From positions 1 to 50,487 of the forward strand of contig CAZVGK010000027.1 in assembly GCA_964626665.1 (NCBI GenBank): a stretch of 50,487 nt of DNA, written 5' to 3'. Shown here piece by piece: positions 18,835-28,714 of the stretch. The position numbers and the translations under genes are program-made. The stretch comes from an uncultured Gemmatimonadota bacterium (GTDB taxonomy: Bacteria; SM23-81; DAOVCL01). The notes beneath the pieces were generated by a model that was not told the origin of the DNA, made no database searches, and saw only the letters and a program-made list of their open reading frames with translations. Each line of letters opens with the position of its first letter. Positions within the stretch are counted from its first letter, which is position 1.

Positions 18835-19101
18835 CTACAAGTACCACCATTTAAAATAGTAGATGGCCACAAATATGCCTATTATGCTCAAAAAATTTAT
18901 GTAGAGCTTCAAGCCAAAGGTGAGGGAAATAACCCATAAGTCCACCTTCACCGGCGAAAATCCCAAGGTTACCGATTTCTGGAGGAGGGTTTTCACCACT
19001 CCCGGCGGAAGTATGTAAGCTAAGATCGCGCCTAACAATCCCCCGATTACTGCCCCGGTAATTATGGCTATAAAGAGAATGGTGAGCTTATCTTTCCTCA
19101 T
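18835..19101 (-). CDS. DUF4321-like small membrane protein
   Basis: Two hydrophobic segments with [23 protein letters not shown]; start MRKDK. Confidence 0.7.
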   Translation of the reverse strand: MRKDKLTILFIAIITGAVIGGLLGAILAYILPPGVVKTLLQKSVTLGFSPVKVDLWVISLTFGLKLYINFLSIIGIFVAIYYFKWWYL

Positions 19102-19399
19102 TTCTACTCCCGATGATAGATTGGAAGATCTTTCTCCCATCCTTTGAGCCGAGCAGGGGTTCCACACATCTCTCCGGATGGGGCATCATCCCTAAGACAT
19201 TGCCGTTATCATTTCATTCTCTACCTTCAAATATACATATTTGCAGATAAAACGCAAGCTTTCATTTTGCAGCATCACCCCGGGGAGCAAGCCGGCCTCG
19301 TGGTGGATTTGAAATCCGTTGCAGATACCCAAGGTGAGCCTTTCTTCCTGGGCGAACTTCTTCAGGTTTTAAGGTGATGTGTATCTTGGGCTTAAACAT
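19088..19399 (-). pseudogene. purQ: Fused, doubly deleted purS-purQ remnant
   Basis: [12 protein letters not shown] (PurS-like N-terminus), then [18 protein letters not shown]...[13 protein letters not shown], then in another frame [23 protein letters not shown] (PurQ motifs). Confidence 0.88.
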
Positions 19400-20696
19400 C
19401 TTCACTTAGTCCCGCCCTTTGAAATATCCCCTCTACCTTCTCTAAGTAAGGCCCTAACTGGAAGCAGGCCTCGATCCGGTCCTTTCCCAAGGTCCTGTTT
19501 ACTGCCTTCTCCTGTAAGGCCAGTGGTTGCAGCTCTCCCCCCCCCACCCAGACCCTCCTGGTCAGATCTTGGACGATCCGATAAGCCTCCTCCCTGCCCA
19601 TCCCCTCCCGCACCAGCTCCAGCATCAATTTCTGGGAGAAGATAAGGCCCTGGGTGTGGCTTAGGTTCTCCAGCATTCTTTGGGGATAAACCGTTAGGTT
19701 CTCTAAGATAAAAAAGAAATTGTTTAAGATGTAGTCGACCAGGATGGTGCTATCCGGGAAGATGACCCTTTCCGTGGAGGAGTGGGATATGTCCCTCTCC
19801 CCCCAGAGGGGGATATTCTCTAAACCCGCCAAGCAGTTTGCCCGCACCACCCGGGAGAGGCCGCAGATCCTCTCACAGAGTATGGGATTGCGCTTGTGGG
19901 GCATAGCGGAAGAACCCTTTTGCCCTCCTAAAAATGGCTCCGCAACCTCCCTGATCTCTGGGCGCTGCAGGTTTCTGATCTCAGTGGCGAACTTCTCCAA
20001 AGAGGAAGAGATGATGGCCAGGGTGGTTAAATACTCTGCATAGCGGTCGCGCTGGATTATCTGAGTGGTTATCCCGGCGGGCTTGAGGCCCAGCCTTTCA
20101 CAGACCTCTTCCTCTACCTGAGGGTCAAGGTGGGCATAGGTCCCTACCGCACCGGAGAGCTTCCCCACCAAGATCCCCTCAATGGCCCTCTTCATCCTGG
20201 CCAAGTTCCGCAAGGTTTCCTGGTGCCAGACGGCCAGCTTGAGGCCGAAGCTGATCGGCTCAGCCCAAACGCCATGGGTGCGGCCCAGCATAGGGGTGGA
20301 CTTAAACTCCTCAGACCTCTTCCTTAATATGGCCAGAAGCCTTTCCAGATCGGCGACTATTATCCCCCCAGCCTCCCGCAGCAGGAGGGCTAAGGAGGTA
20401 TCGAGGATATCTGAGGAAGTGAGCCCCAAGTGGATATATCTGGACATTTCTCCGATGTTCTCGGAGAGGTTGGTGAGAAAGGCGATCAGGTCATGGTGCA
20501 CCTCGGATTCGATCTCGGCAATTCTCTGGGGCTGAAATTTAGCCCTTTCCCTGATTGCTTTGGCAGCCCCTTTGGGTATGTAACCCAAATGGGCCTGGAC
20601 ATCGCAGACCGTGATCTCCACTTCCAGCCATTTTTTGAATTTATTCTGGGGGAGCCAAATTCTCCCCATCTGGGGAAGGGTATACCTGGCGATCAT
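19392..20696 (-). CDS. purB: Adenylosuccinate lyase
   Basis: MIARY start (ATGA overlap with the degP stop); HLGLTSSD, GRTHG, GSSAMPHKRNP and ERDISHSSTER. Confidence 0.97.
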   Translation of the reverse strand: MIARYTLPQMGRIWLPQNKFKKWLEVEITVCDVQAHLGYIPKGAAKAIRERAKFQPQRIAEIESEVHHDLIAFLTNLSENIGEMSRYIHLGLTSSDILDTSLALLLREAGGIIVADLERLLAILRKRSEEFKSTPMLGRTHGVWAEPISFGLKLAVWHQETLRNLARMKRAIEGILVGKLSGAVGTYAHLDPQVEEEVCERLGLKPAGITTQIIQRDRYAEYLTTLAIISSSLEKFATEIRNLQRPEIREVAEPFLGGQKGSSAMPHKRNPILCERICGLSRVVRANCLAGLENIPLWGERDISHSSTERVIFPDSTILVDYILNNFFFILENLTVYPQRMLENLSHTQGLIFSQKLMLELVREGMGREEAYRIVQDLTRRVWVGGGELQPLALQEKAVNRTLGKDRIEACFQLGPYLEKVEGIFQRAGLSEDV

Positions 20697-21820
20697 CTCT
20701 TCTCCTCGGGGAGAATCTCCACCTTGAGTCGTTTCTCCAAGGTCTTCCCCTTCCGCCAAACTTTAAGCTTAAACTCATCGCCAGCCTGGGCGGTATAGAA
20801 GACCTCCCTGATCTCCTTCTCTCCTCTTATCGGGTGATCATTTACTTCGGTGATCACATCCCCTACCTCCAGGCCAGCCTTCTCCCCGGGGCTTCCTTGA
20901 TCGATTTGGGAGATGATTACCCCTTGGGCTTGGGAGAGCCCCAAGCTCTCAGCAATGAGCCTATCCACCCTCTGTACCCGCAGCCCTGTCCAGACCTGCC
21001 TCACCCGGCCATACTTGAGCAGTTCCTTAATCACCCTTTTGGCCGTGTTTATGGGGATGGCAAAGCCAATCCCCAAGGAGCCGCCGCTCTCCGTGAAGAT
21101 GAAGGCGTTTATCCCAATGACCTCGCCGGCGGCGTTTACCAGGGGGCCACCGCTATTACCGGGGTTTATGGCCGCATCTGTCTGGATCATCCCCTGGTAG
21201 ATGTGGCCGCCTCGGGGTTCAAAATCCCTGTTTACCGCGCTGATTACCCCCACCGTTACCGTGGGTTTGCTATCCGAAATGAGGAAACCAAAGGGGTTGC
21301 CAATGGCTATGGCCCATTCTCCGATAATGATGCCATCTGAGTCTCCTAAGTGGACCACGGGGAGGTCCTTTGCCCTTATCTGCAAAACGGCCAGATCTGT
21401 AGCCGGGTCAGAACCTTTTAGCTCCCCAGTGAGTTGGCGGCCATCTGGAAGGCTGACCACTATCTGGGTGGCATTCTCCACCACATGTTGATTGGTGAGT
21501 ATATGCCCTGCTTTATCGATGATAAAACCTGAGCCCATAGATTTTATCCTCTGCCTATACTCCCTGCGGAGTTCAGGGAAAAACCGGTCAATGAAAGGAT
21601 CGCGGAAGGGGAAAGGGCTGGTGCGATAAACCCTGATCTGGGTTACGGATATGCTGATCACTGCTGGGCCAACCTTTTGCGCTGCCCTCACGATGGCGTT
21701 TCTCCTTGAGCTGTAGAGTGAGCAGTCTACCTGATAGGGGAGAGGCCCTGCCCTCAGCCCATAGGGGAGAAATAGGACGAACACCAAGAGGAGAAGGGAG
21801 ATTAGAAGCCTTTTTTTCAT
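20693..21820 (-). CDS. HtrA/DegP-family serine protease with one PDZ domain
   Basis: Signal peptide; GSGFII, TNQHV, DLAVL and QTDAAINPGNSGGPL; C-terminal PDZ. Confidence 0.93.
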   Translation of the reverse strand: MKKRLLISLLLLVFVLFLPYGLRAGPLPYQVDCSLYSSRRNAIVRAAQKVGPAVISISVTQIRVYRTSPFPFRDPFIDRFFPELRREYRQRIKSMGSGFIIDKAGHILTNQHVVENATQIVVSLPDGRQLTGELKGSDPATDLAVLQIRAKDLPVVHLGDSDGIIIGEWAIAIGNPFGFLISDSKPTVTVGVISAVNRDFEPRGGHIYQGMIQTDAAINPGNSGGPLVNAAGEVIGINAFIFTESGGSLGIGFAIPINTAKRVIKELLKYGRVRQVWTGLRVQRVDRLIAESLGLSQAQGVIISQIDQGSPGEKAGLEVGDVITEVNDHPIRGEKEIREVFYTAQAGDEFKLKVWRKGKTLEKRLKVEILPEEKR

Positions 21821-21821
21821 C

Positions 21822-22478
21822 TTAGCCCCTGCTCTGGCTTTTGACCTTCTCCCAATCGGCCAAGAATCTTTCCATCCCCACATCGGTAAGGGGGTGTTTA
21901 ACCAGTTTCTCTATGACCTTAAAGGGGATGGTGGCGATATGCGCACCAGCTAAAGCCGCCTCCACCACATGCAGGGGGTGGCGGATGCTGGCCACAATCA
22001 CCTCCGTGGTGAACTCATAGTTACGGAAGATGGTCACTATCTCCCTCACCAGATCCATCCCTCGGTAGCTTGTATCGTCTATCCTCCCGATGAAGGGGGA
22101 AACGAAGTTGGTTCCAGCCTTGGCGGCCAGCAGGGCCTGAAGGGAGGAGAAGACCAGGGTGACATTGGTCATTATCCCCTCTGCCCTGATCAACTTTACC
22201 GCCTTTAGCCCCTCTGTAGTTATGGGCACCTTGATGGTGATGTTAGGAGCAATTTTAGCTAATCCCTTTGCCTCTCTGAGCATACCAGGGGGATCGTTGC
22301 TCACTACCTCGGCGCTTACCGATCCCTTGACGATAGAGCAGATCTCCTTCAGGATGTCTCGGTAATCCCCCTTCTCCCGGGAGAGGATGGTGGGATTGGT
22401 GGTTACCCCATCCAGGATCCCCATACTTGCCGCCTCCCTTATTTGTTCGACATTTGCCGTGTCAATGAAAATCTTCAC
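21822..22478 (-). CDS. tal: Transaldolase (short TalC/FSA-like family)
   Basis: FIDTAN, GVTTNP and IKVP; SAEV (Glu) and SPFIGR (Phe) indicate transaldolase rather than FSA. Confidence 0.9.
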   Translation of the reverse strand: MKIFIDTANVEQIREAASMGILDGVTTNPTILSREKGDYRDILKEICSIVKGSVSAEVVSNDPPGMLREAKGLAKIAPNITIKVPITTEGLKAVKLIRAEGIMTNVTLVFSSLQALLAAKAGTNFVSPFIGRIDDTSYRGMDLVREIVTIFRNYEFTTEVIVASIRHPLHVVEAALAGAHIATIPFKVIEKLVKHPLTDVGMERFLADWEKVKSQSRG

Positions 22479-22952
22479 TTAGGCCTCCTTTTTGCCTTAT
22501 TTTTCTGTGCCGTCAGGGCTCCCGCCCTGACGGGTCTGTTTAATCTCCTAACTCTACCTGACCTCCATCCCTGACCGTTTGCCTCCCCCTATTGTGGGAG
22601 AGGTTTCCAGACCTCGATTATCGGCATCAGGAGGTGCCTCCCACATTACAGCTCAAACATCTCCCTGTCGGTCATTGCGAGCGACAGCGAAGCAATCTCA
22701 TAGGGATTGCTTCATCCGCCAAGAAGCATGGCGGATTCGCAACGACTTCTTCGGATTGCTTCGGCACTTTCAGTGCCTCGCAATGACGGACCTTATTTTG
22801 CTGTGCCGTCAGGGCTCCCGCCCTGACAGATCTCCTTAACCATCTGATTTTACCTGAGCGGTCAGATCCCCTGATCTGACCGTGGCAGAACTGGGTTCTG
22901 CCACCTCGATTATGAGGATCTTGTAGTGGCAATTCATGAATTGCCACTACTA

Positions 22953-23696
22953 TCAATACCATACCCCCACCAGGCAAAGTCCCTTGGCTGGGGCGGTGGG
23001 GCCGGCGTTTTCTCTATCCTTGCTTTCTAAGATCTCCTTGAAATCTTTGACGGTGATCTTTCCCCTTCCTACATTCAAAAGTGTTCCGGCCATAATCCTC
23101 ACCATATTGTGCAGGAACCTATTGGCCTCAATGATGAAGATGACCTCCTTGCCCCTTCTTCTCACCTGAGCTACAAAGACCTGACAGACTTTATTCTTTT
23201 CCCCCTTCTCCTGATGGCAGAAGGCAGAGAAGTCCTTCTCGCCAAGGAGGCTATTGGCAGCAGTATCCATCTGAGCGACGTCCAAACTATAGGGAACTTC
23301 CCAGACGAAGTTCCTCCTCAGGGCAGTTCTGCCCATATAGTAGCGGTATCTGTATCTGCGGCGCTGAGCATCAAAGCGGGCATTAAACCTTAGAGGAACC
23401 TCTCTTACCCCCTTGATGACGATATCTCGGGGAAGGAGGGAGTTTAAACCATCTCTAATTGCCTTTCCCTGAAGGCCGCTTTTGGTGCAAAAATTGGCCA
23501 CCTGTCCTAAGGCATGAACACCTACATCTGTTCTGCCAGCTCCGGTGAGCTTTACCTCTTCACCTATGATCTTTTTCAAAGAGCCCTCTATCTCTCCCTG
23601 GACTGTCCTCAACCGAGGCTGTCTCTGCCAGCCAGAGAATCCCGTCCCCTCATACTCTATCCTCAGCTTGATGTTTCTCAGTTCCCCTTTGGACAT
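22953..23696 (-). CDS. truA: tRNA pseudouridine(38-40) synthase
   Basis: YEGTGFSGWQRQ, GAGRTDVGVHA, FNARF, FLHNMVR and TAPAKGL. Confidence 0.97.
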   Translation of the reverse strand: MSKGELRNIKLRIEYEGTGFSGWQRQPRLRTVQGEIEGSLKKIIGEEVKLTGAGRTDVGVHALGQVANFCTKSGLQGKAIRDGLNSLLPRDIVIKGVREVPLRFNARFDAQRRRYRYRYYMGRTALRRNFVWEVPYSLDVAQMDTAANSLLGEKDFSAFCHQEKGEKNKVCQVFVAQVRRRGKEVIFIIEANRFLHNMVRIMAGTLLNVGRGKITVKDFKEILESKDRENAGPTAPAKGLCLVGVWY

Positions 23697-23718
23697 TATT
23701 TAAAATCCGGATTATCTT

Positions 23719-23803
23719 CAACCGCACTTTAGTGCGGGTTAAGGCCCTTTAGGGTCATTTGTAGGGGCTAAAGCCCCAAGGGCCCCGGCTAAAGCCGGGT
23801 AGA
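23719..23803. repeat. REPIN-like triple-hairpin element, TCTACCGCACTTTAGTGCG...GGGCTAAAGCCC...GGGTAGA family
   Basis: Copies at 31642-31733, 32107-32193 and 43049-43178, partial at 12533-12571; inverted TCTAC/GTAGA termini in the fuller copies. Confidence 0.75.
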
Positions 23804-23910
23804 AGTGTAGGGGTTGCATTTATGCGATTACCTATTCGTGGGGATTTGTCCATTCGTGTTCTATAGATTCAGTGAAATCCATGTGATCTGTGGCTATTGC
23901 ATATTTTGGC

Positions 23911-24708
23911 TTAAAGAAGAATCCCACCTATGAGGATTATCCCACTTAAGGAGAGGGCGAGAAGGTCCTTCCCTCCAAATTTGAGCCTACTGTAAGAGGT
24001 CCTTCCCTTTCCCCCCCGATAACAGCGGGCCTCCATAGCCAAAGCCAATTCATCTGCTCTCCTGAAGGTGGAGAGGAAAAGGGGGACTATGAGGGGGATG
24101 AGAGACCTTACCCTCTGAGGGATGTTGCCTCCAAAATTGGCCCCCCGGGCTAACTGGGCCTTCTTTAGAGTTTCCGCTTCCTCAATTAGAAGAGGCACAA
24201 ATCTCAAGGAGATCATCAGCATCATAGCCAATTCCTGAGAGGGGAATCCCAACTTCTTCAAGGGCCGAAGCAGTGACTCAATCCCATCGGTGAGTTCAAC
24301 CGGAGAGGTGGTTAAGGTCAAGAGGGCAGCCAGAAGAATGAGTATCCCCAGCCTGAGGCAGAAAAATATCCCCTTGACCAACCCCTCATAGGTGGCACCC
24401 AGCCGGTCAAAGGGGAAGAGGGAGATTGGCCTGCCCTGGGAGAAGAAGAGGTGGAGGATGATTGTAATGACAAAGAGCCAGATAAAAGACCTCAAGTTCC
24501 GCAGAGGGTAGAATGGAGGAAGTCGAGAGAGCAAGACAATTAAGGCCAAAATAAGGAGAAGGCCGAGATAATCCCAGATTGCCCTGACCAACATCACCGA
24601 GCTCACCAGCAGAAGGAAACAGAGCAACTTTGCTCGGGGGTCAAGTTGGTGAACAACTGATCCGGTGGGCACATACTGCCCCAAGGTTATATCCGCAAAA
24701 AAGGCCAT
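23911..24708 (-). CDS. ecfT: Energy-coupling factor transporter transmembrane component T
   Basis: ITLGQY...HQLDPRAK, LTTSP, LRFVP, AQLARG and AMEARCY. Confidence 0.92.
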   Translation of the reverse strand: MAFFADITLGQYVPTGSVVHQLDPRAKLLCFLLLVSSVMLVRAIWDYLGLLLILALIVLLSRLPPFYPLRNLRSFIWLFVITIILHLFFSQGRPISLFPFDRLGATYEGLVKGIFFCLRLGILILLAALLTLTTSPVELTDGIESLLRPLKKLGFPSQELAMMLMISLRFVPLLIEEAETLKKAQLARGANFGGNIPQRVRSLIPLIVPLFLSTFRRADELALAMEARCYRGGKGRTSYSRLKFGGKDLLALSLSGIILIGGILL

Positions 24709-25074
24709 CTCTCCTTGTAATAGTTCACCACCAATACACACGGAATCCCACTGAAGTGGATGCTGAAAGGCGAGTACCAGGGCCCCAACCCCGCCACCTA
24801 CCTTTTCCGTCAGAATCGGGGTTCTGACGGCTCGGTGGGGAACCTATCGGGTGAAGGCACCATAGTCCACCGCGGATACCCACGGAATACACACAAAAAG
24901 CAGGGGCCAGTAATCAGTTTACAGGGATCAAGATCAGGGATAGCCAGCATGAGTTTCATTTTTAATTCTCAATTCTTAATTCTTAATTGCTTTCCCCCGT
25001 GGAAGTCTGTGGTAAACTTGCTGACTTTCCTCTTTATCTAATCGACTAGGCGACAAAACCTCGGGACCTGCCAC

Positions 25075-25464
25075 TCAGTCTAAGATCTGAATGTGTTCCA
25101 GGGAGGAGAGGATGACGAAGATCCTTTCGTTGTTGCTCTCCGCATCTACCGGGAGGAGAAAGAAACCCGTTCTCTTAGGATCATAACCCTGGGTGTAGCC
25201 GAAGAGGATCTCTCCGTCCGTGAACTTCACCTGCACTTTCTTCCCTGGTAGGGATTTAGAGGGGAAGACCTTCTTCTCCATCTTCTCCATCCTCCCTCCA
25301 AAATCCTTGACGAAGAAGATGGCCTTCAGTTGGGAGGTATCCACCTGATGGCTTATCTCCTGGAGGTTCAAGATGTGAAATGAGGGATGGCGAGGGGAGA
25401 AGTCAGTGGTAGTTCCCTTCTCAATCTTCCCATCCTTGAAATGTATGACGATCTTTATCTCCAA
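25075..25464 (-). CDS. Hypothetical protein with an internal two-fold repeat (DUF6982-like)
   Basis: KIVIHFKDG...G mirrors KVQVKFTDGE..G; LKAIFFVKDF; SNNERIFV. Confidence 0.6.
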   Translation of the reverse strand: MEIKIVIHFKDGKIEKGTTTDFSPRHPSFHILNLQEISHQVDTSQLKAIFFVKDFGGRMEKMEKKVFPSKSLPGKKVQVKFTDGEILFGYTQGYDPKRTGFFLLPVDAESNNERIFVILSSLEHIQILD

Positions 25465-25480
25465 GGTTCAACTCTCCCGA

Positions 25481-25789
25481 TCAGGTGATTTCTTCCGATT
25501 GCTCTCCCTTTCGTAAATCCTCCTCCAACTCCTTGATCCTAGAAATCTTCTCCTTCACCTCAGAATCGCCGGCGATCCTGGTGGTTCCCTTCTCCACCAA
25601 AAGCTTGTAGACAAGGCCACCGAGTTGCGTGAATTCCTTGGCTATCTCCCTCTTCAAGGTATATATCTCCCATCTCTCCTTGCCCTTCTTGGTATACTCC
25701 TCCGCCTTTTCCCGTCCGGATTCAAATATCTCCATTGCAGTTTTTCTCGTCTTTTCCCAGATGTTCTCTAAGTTTTCTCCTTTTCCCAA
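25481..25789 (-). CDS. Hypothetical coiled-coil protein
   Basis: Charged helical 102-aa ORF with GGAGGTG RBS. Confidence 0.65.
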   Translation of the reverse strand: MGKGENLENIWEKTRKTAMEIFESGREKAEEYTKKGKERWEIYTLKREIAKEFTQLGGLVYKLLVEKGTTRIAGDSEVKEKISRIKELEEDLRKGEQSEEIT

Positions 25790-25976
25790 TTCTCACCTCC
25801 TATTTTAAATCATTGGAATAATTTACCACGGACTGGCACGGAAAAACAGGGATCAGTCTTCAGAGATTAGGAATAACCAGCATAAATTTCATTCTTAATT
25901 GCTTTTTTTCATGAGATTCCGTGGTGCGGGGTTTTAGTGTTTAACTTCGGACCTGAACTTCCCTCATCACGGTTCC

Positions 25977-27176
25977 TCAGATTACCTTGTATTTCTTCCC
26001 TACCTTGGTGAAGGCCTCTATGGCCCGATCGATCTGCTCCTTGGTATGCGCCGCGGAGAGCTGTACCCTAATGCGGGCCTGGCCTTTGGGGACAACCGGA
26101 TAGGAGAAGCCGATGACATATATACCCTCATTGAGGAGATCATTGGCAAAGCCCTGTGCTAACTGGGCATCGTTTTCGAATTTACCGAACATTATGGGAA
26201 CGATAGGGTGGTCACCTGGCCTGATGTCAAAGCCAGCTTCGCTCATCCTTTGGCGGAAGTAGGCGGTGTTTTCCATCAGTTTGTCCCGCAGTTTGGTGGT
26301 TTGGGAGAGAAGGTCCACTACTCCAAGGAGGGCCCCCACTATGACTGGAGGCAAGGTGTTGGAGAAGAGATAGGGGCGGGACTTCTGTCTCAGCCACTCG
26401 ATCAGTTCCTGGCGGCCGGAGACACAGCCCCCAGAGGCTCCCCCCAAGGCCTTGCCAAAGGTAGTGCTGATCAGATCAACCCGGCCCATTACCCCCCTAT
26501 ATTCATGAGTTCCCCGACCGGTCTTGCCCATAAAGCCCGTGGCGTGGGAGTCATCCAGTAAGACTAAGGCATCATATTTTTCAGCCAGATCACAGATCTC
26601 ATCGAGCTTGGCGATGTCCCCGTCCATCGAGAAGACCCCATCGGTGGCAATCATCCTATATCTGGCCCCCTGGGCCTTTTTTAATTGGGCCTCCAGATCG
26701 GCCATATCGGAGTGGTCGTAGATGAATCGTTGGGCCTTGCAGAGCCTGATGCCATCGATGATGGAGGCATGGTTTAACCTGTCGGGGATCACCGCATCAT
26801 CTTTGGTGAGAAATGGCTCGAAGACCCCACCATTGGCATCAAAGCAGGCCGCATAGAGCAGGGTATCCTCTGTGCCTAAAAAGCGAGAGACCTTCTCCTC
26901 AGCCAGCTTGTGGATCTTCTGAGTGCCACAGATGAACCTCACTGAGCTCATCCCATACCCCCACTCATCAAGGGCCCGATGGGCAGCCTCAATAACCTGG
27001 GGATGGGATGAGAGGCCCAGGTAGTTGTTGGCGCAGAAGTTCAAAACTTTCCTCCCCCCTTCTACCTCTATCTCTGCCCCTTGAGGAGTAGTAATTACCC
27101 TCTCCTCCTTGTAGAGGCCAGCCTCCCGAATGGATTGCAGCTCTTTCTTCAGATCATCTTTGATCTTTCCATACAT
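25977..27176 (-). CDS. kbl: Glycine C-acetyltransferase (2-amino-3-ketobutyrate CoA ligase)
   Basis: [40 protein letters not shown] and ARIRVQLSA. Confidence 0.95.
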   Translation of the reverse strand: MYGKIKDDLKKELQSIREAGLYKEERVITTPQGAEIEVEGGRKVLNFCANNYLGLSSHPQVIEAAHRALDEWGYGMSSVRFICGTQKIHKLAEEKVSRFLGTEDTLLYAACFDANGGVFEPFLTKDDAVIPDRLNHASIIDGIRLCKAQRFIYDHSDMADLEAQLKKAQGARYRMIATDGVFSMDGDIAKLDEICDLAEKYDALVLLDDSHATGFMGKTGRGTHEYRGVMGRVDLISTTFGKALGGASGGCVSGRQELIEWLRQKSRPYLFSNTLPPVIVGALLGVVDLLSQTTKLRDKLMENTAYFRQRMSEAGFDIRPGDHPIVPIMFGKFENDAQLAQGFANDLLNEGIYVIGFSYPVVPKGQARIRVQLSAAHTKEQIDRAIEAFTKVGKKYKVI

Positions 27177-27578
27177 TCTTACCCTCCTGGTTAAGTAGTT
27201 CACCACTGAGTTTTATGGAATTCTGCTGATAGGGCAGCCCCCCCGAGAAAATAGATATTTGCCTGAGCCGTCAGATGCCCTCATCTGACGGCAATCCTTT
27301 TTCTGTGCTACAATCTTGCAAGATATTGTTTTTTAACAAAATTTCCCGTAGCAACCGCAAAGCCTCTAAGATCGCAGAGAAAATAAAAAGCAAAAGAGAG
27401 ATGAAATAAAACGATTAGTTAAAAAATCTTTAAACTTTGTGTCCTTTGCGACTTTGCGGTAAATTATTTTATTGCGGCTTTGCCACGCTGAGCTACTCTG
27501 TGGTGGGTTTAATTTCCATAAATCCTGCTAATCTGCATCCCATAAAGCCTCGCTGATTATGGCTTGGTTCTCAGGGTC

Positions 27579-28700
27579 TCACCTCTTCCTTTCCGCCATT
27601 CTGACCTGAGCCTTTCTTAGCTCCTCCTCCTGCGGAAAGAGGACTATCTTCGCTGAGCGACGGGGAAGGGCCAAGCTGGCCTCGAATCCTTTTTCATAAT
27701 CCTCTAATTTGAACATATGTGTAATCACCGGAGATATATCCAACCTTCCGGAGGAGAGAAAGTTGCGCACCCGATACCAGGTATCGAATATCTTCCTGCC
27801 GCTGATTCCCTGGATCTGTGCCCCCTTGAAGACGATCCCGTTGTTGTAGTCTATTTGGAGGGTTGATTGGGTGGCTATGCCAAAGGCGGTAAACCTCCCC
27901 CCTCGCCGTAGCATCTGCAGGCCCTCCTCTACCCCCTGTTTGCTTCCAGTAAGCTCCAGAACTATGTCTGCCCCATAACCGGCGGTGTGTTCCTTGATAT
28001 AGGCAATTCTGTCCTCATCCTTCCTCTTGGCGTCGATAACATAGTCGGCCCCCATTTTCCTCCCGATTTCCATATTATGCTCGGACATCCCCACCAGAAA
28101 GATTTGGGTAACCCCTGAGCAACGGGCCACCCCCACAGCGAAAAGGGCGATGGGCCCATCGCCAATGAGCACCATTGACCTTCCAGCCACATCGTTGTCC
28201 TCCCCTAAGACAGCATAAACTGCGTTGCCCAGGGGTTCCTGCAGGGTGGCAAGTTCGGGGGGAATGGAACGATTGTTGACCCAACAGACGCTCTCCGGGA
28301 TGGCAAAGTATTCGGCAAAGGCCCCATCACAATCAACCCCCAAGATCTTCATCCTCTCCCCTAAATGGGATTGCCCCAAAAGGGTTTGCAGATCCCTGGG
28401 GTGATAGATATGGGTTTCGGCAGAGACATAATCGCCCACCTTGATCTGCCGCACCTCCGTTCCTACTTCCATCACCTCGCCGGCCACCTCATGGCCTAAG
28501 ATCTGAGGGAGGTTTTTAGCACCTATCCGCTCCTGGGACCAGGGATCCCAATTGTAGATGTGCACATCTGTCCCACAGATGGAAGTGGCCTCAACCTTGA
28601 CCAGAACCTCATCCGGCTTCGGCTGGGGAAGGTCAACCAGCCTGAGCTCTGCCCCAGGCGCCGGCTGGGTTTTTACCACAGCCTTCATCTTCTGACCCAT
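27579..28700 (-). CDS. tdh: L-threonine 3-dehydrogenase-like MDR enzyme
   Basis: SICGTDVHIYNWD, GHE, VSAETH, EPLGNAV and GRKIFDTW; next to kbl; structural-Zn cysteines absent. Confidence 0.85.
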   Translation of the reverse strand: MGQKMKAVVKTQPAPGAELRLVDLPQPKPDEVLVKVEATSICGTDVHIYNWDPWSQERIGAKNLPQILGHEVAGEVMEVGTEVRQIKVGDYVSAETHIYHPRDLQTLLGQSHLGERMKILGVDCDGAFAEYFAIPESVCWVNNRSIPPELATLQEPLGNAVYAVLGEDNDVAGRSMVLIGDGPIALFAVGVARCSGVTQIFLVGMSEHNMEIGRKMGADYVIDAKRKDEDRIAYIKEHTAGYGADIVLELTGSKQGVEEGLQMLRRGGRFTAFGIATQSTLQIDYNNGIVFKGAQIQGISGRKIFDTWYRVRNFLSSGRLDISPVITHMFKLEDYEKGFEASLALPRRSAKIVLFPQEEELRKAQVRMAERKR

Positions 28701-28714
28701 AGATTCTCCTCCAT

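Noticed and set aside
22579-22977. ORFs 22579-22839, 22592-22786 and 22672-22977 (similarly 31376-31656, 32195-32482, 33631-33956, 24760-25041, 43204-43473)
   Set aside because: They are translations of intergenic palindromic repeats with no recognisable protein features.
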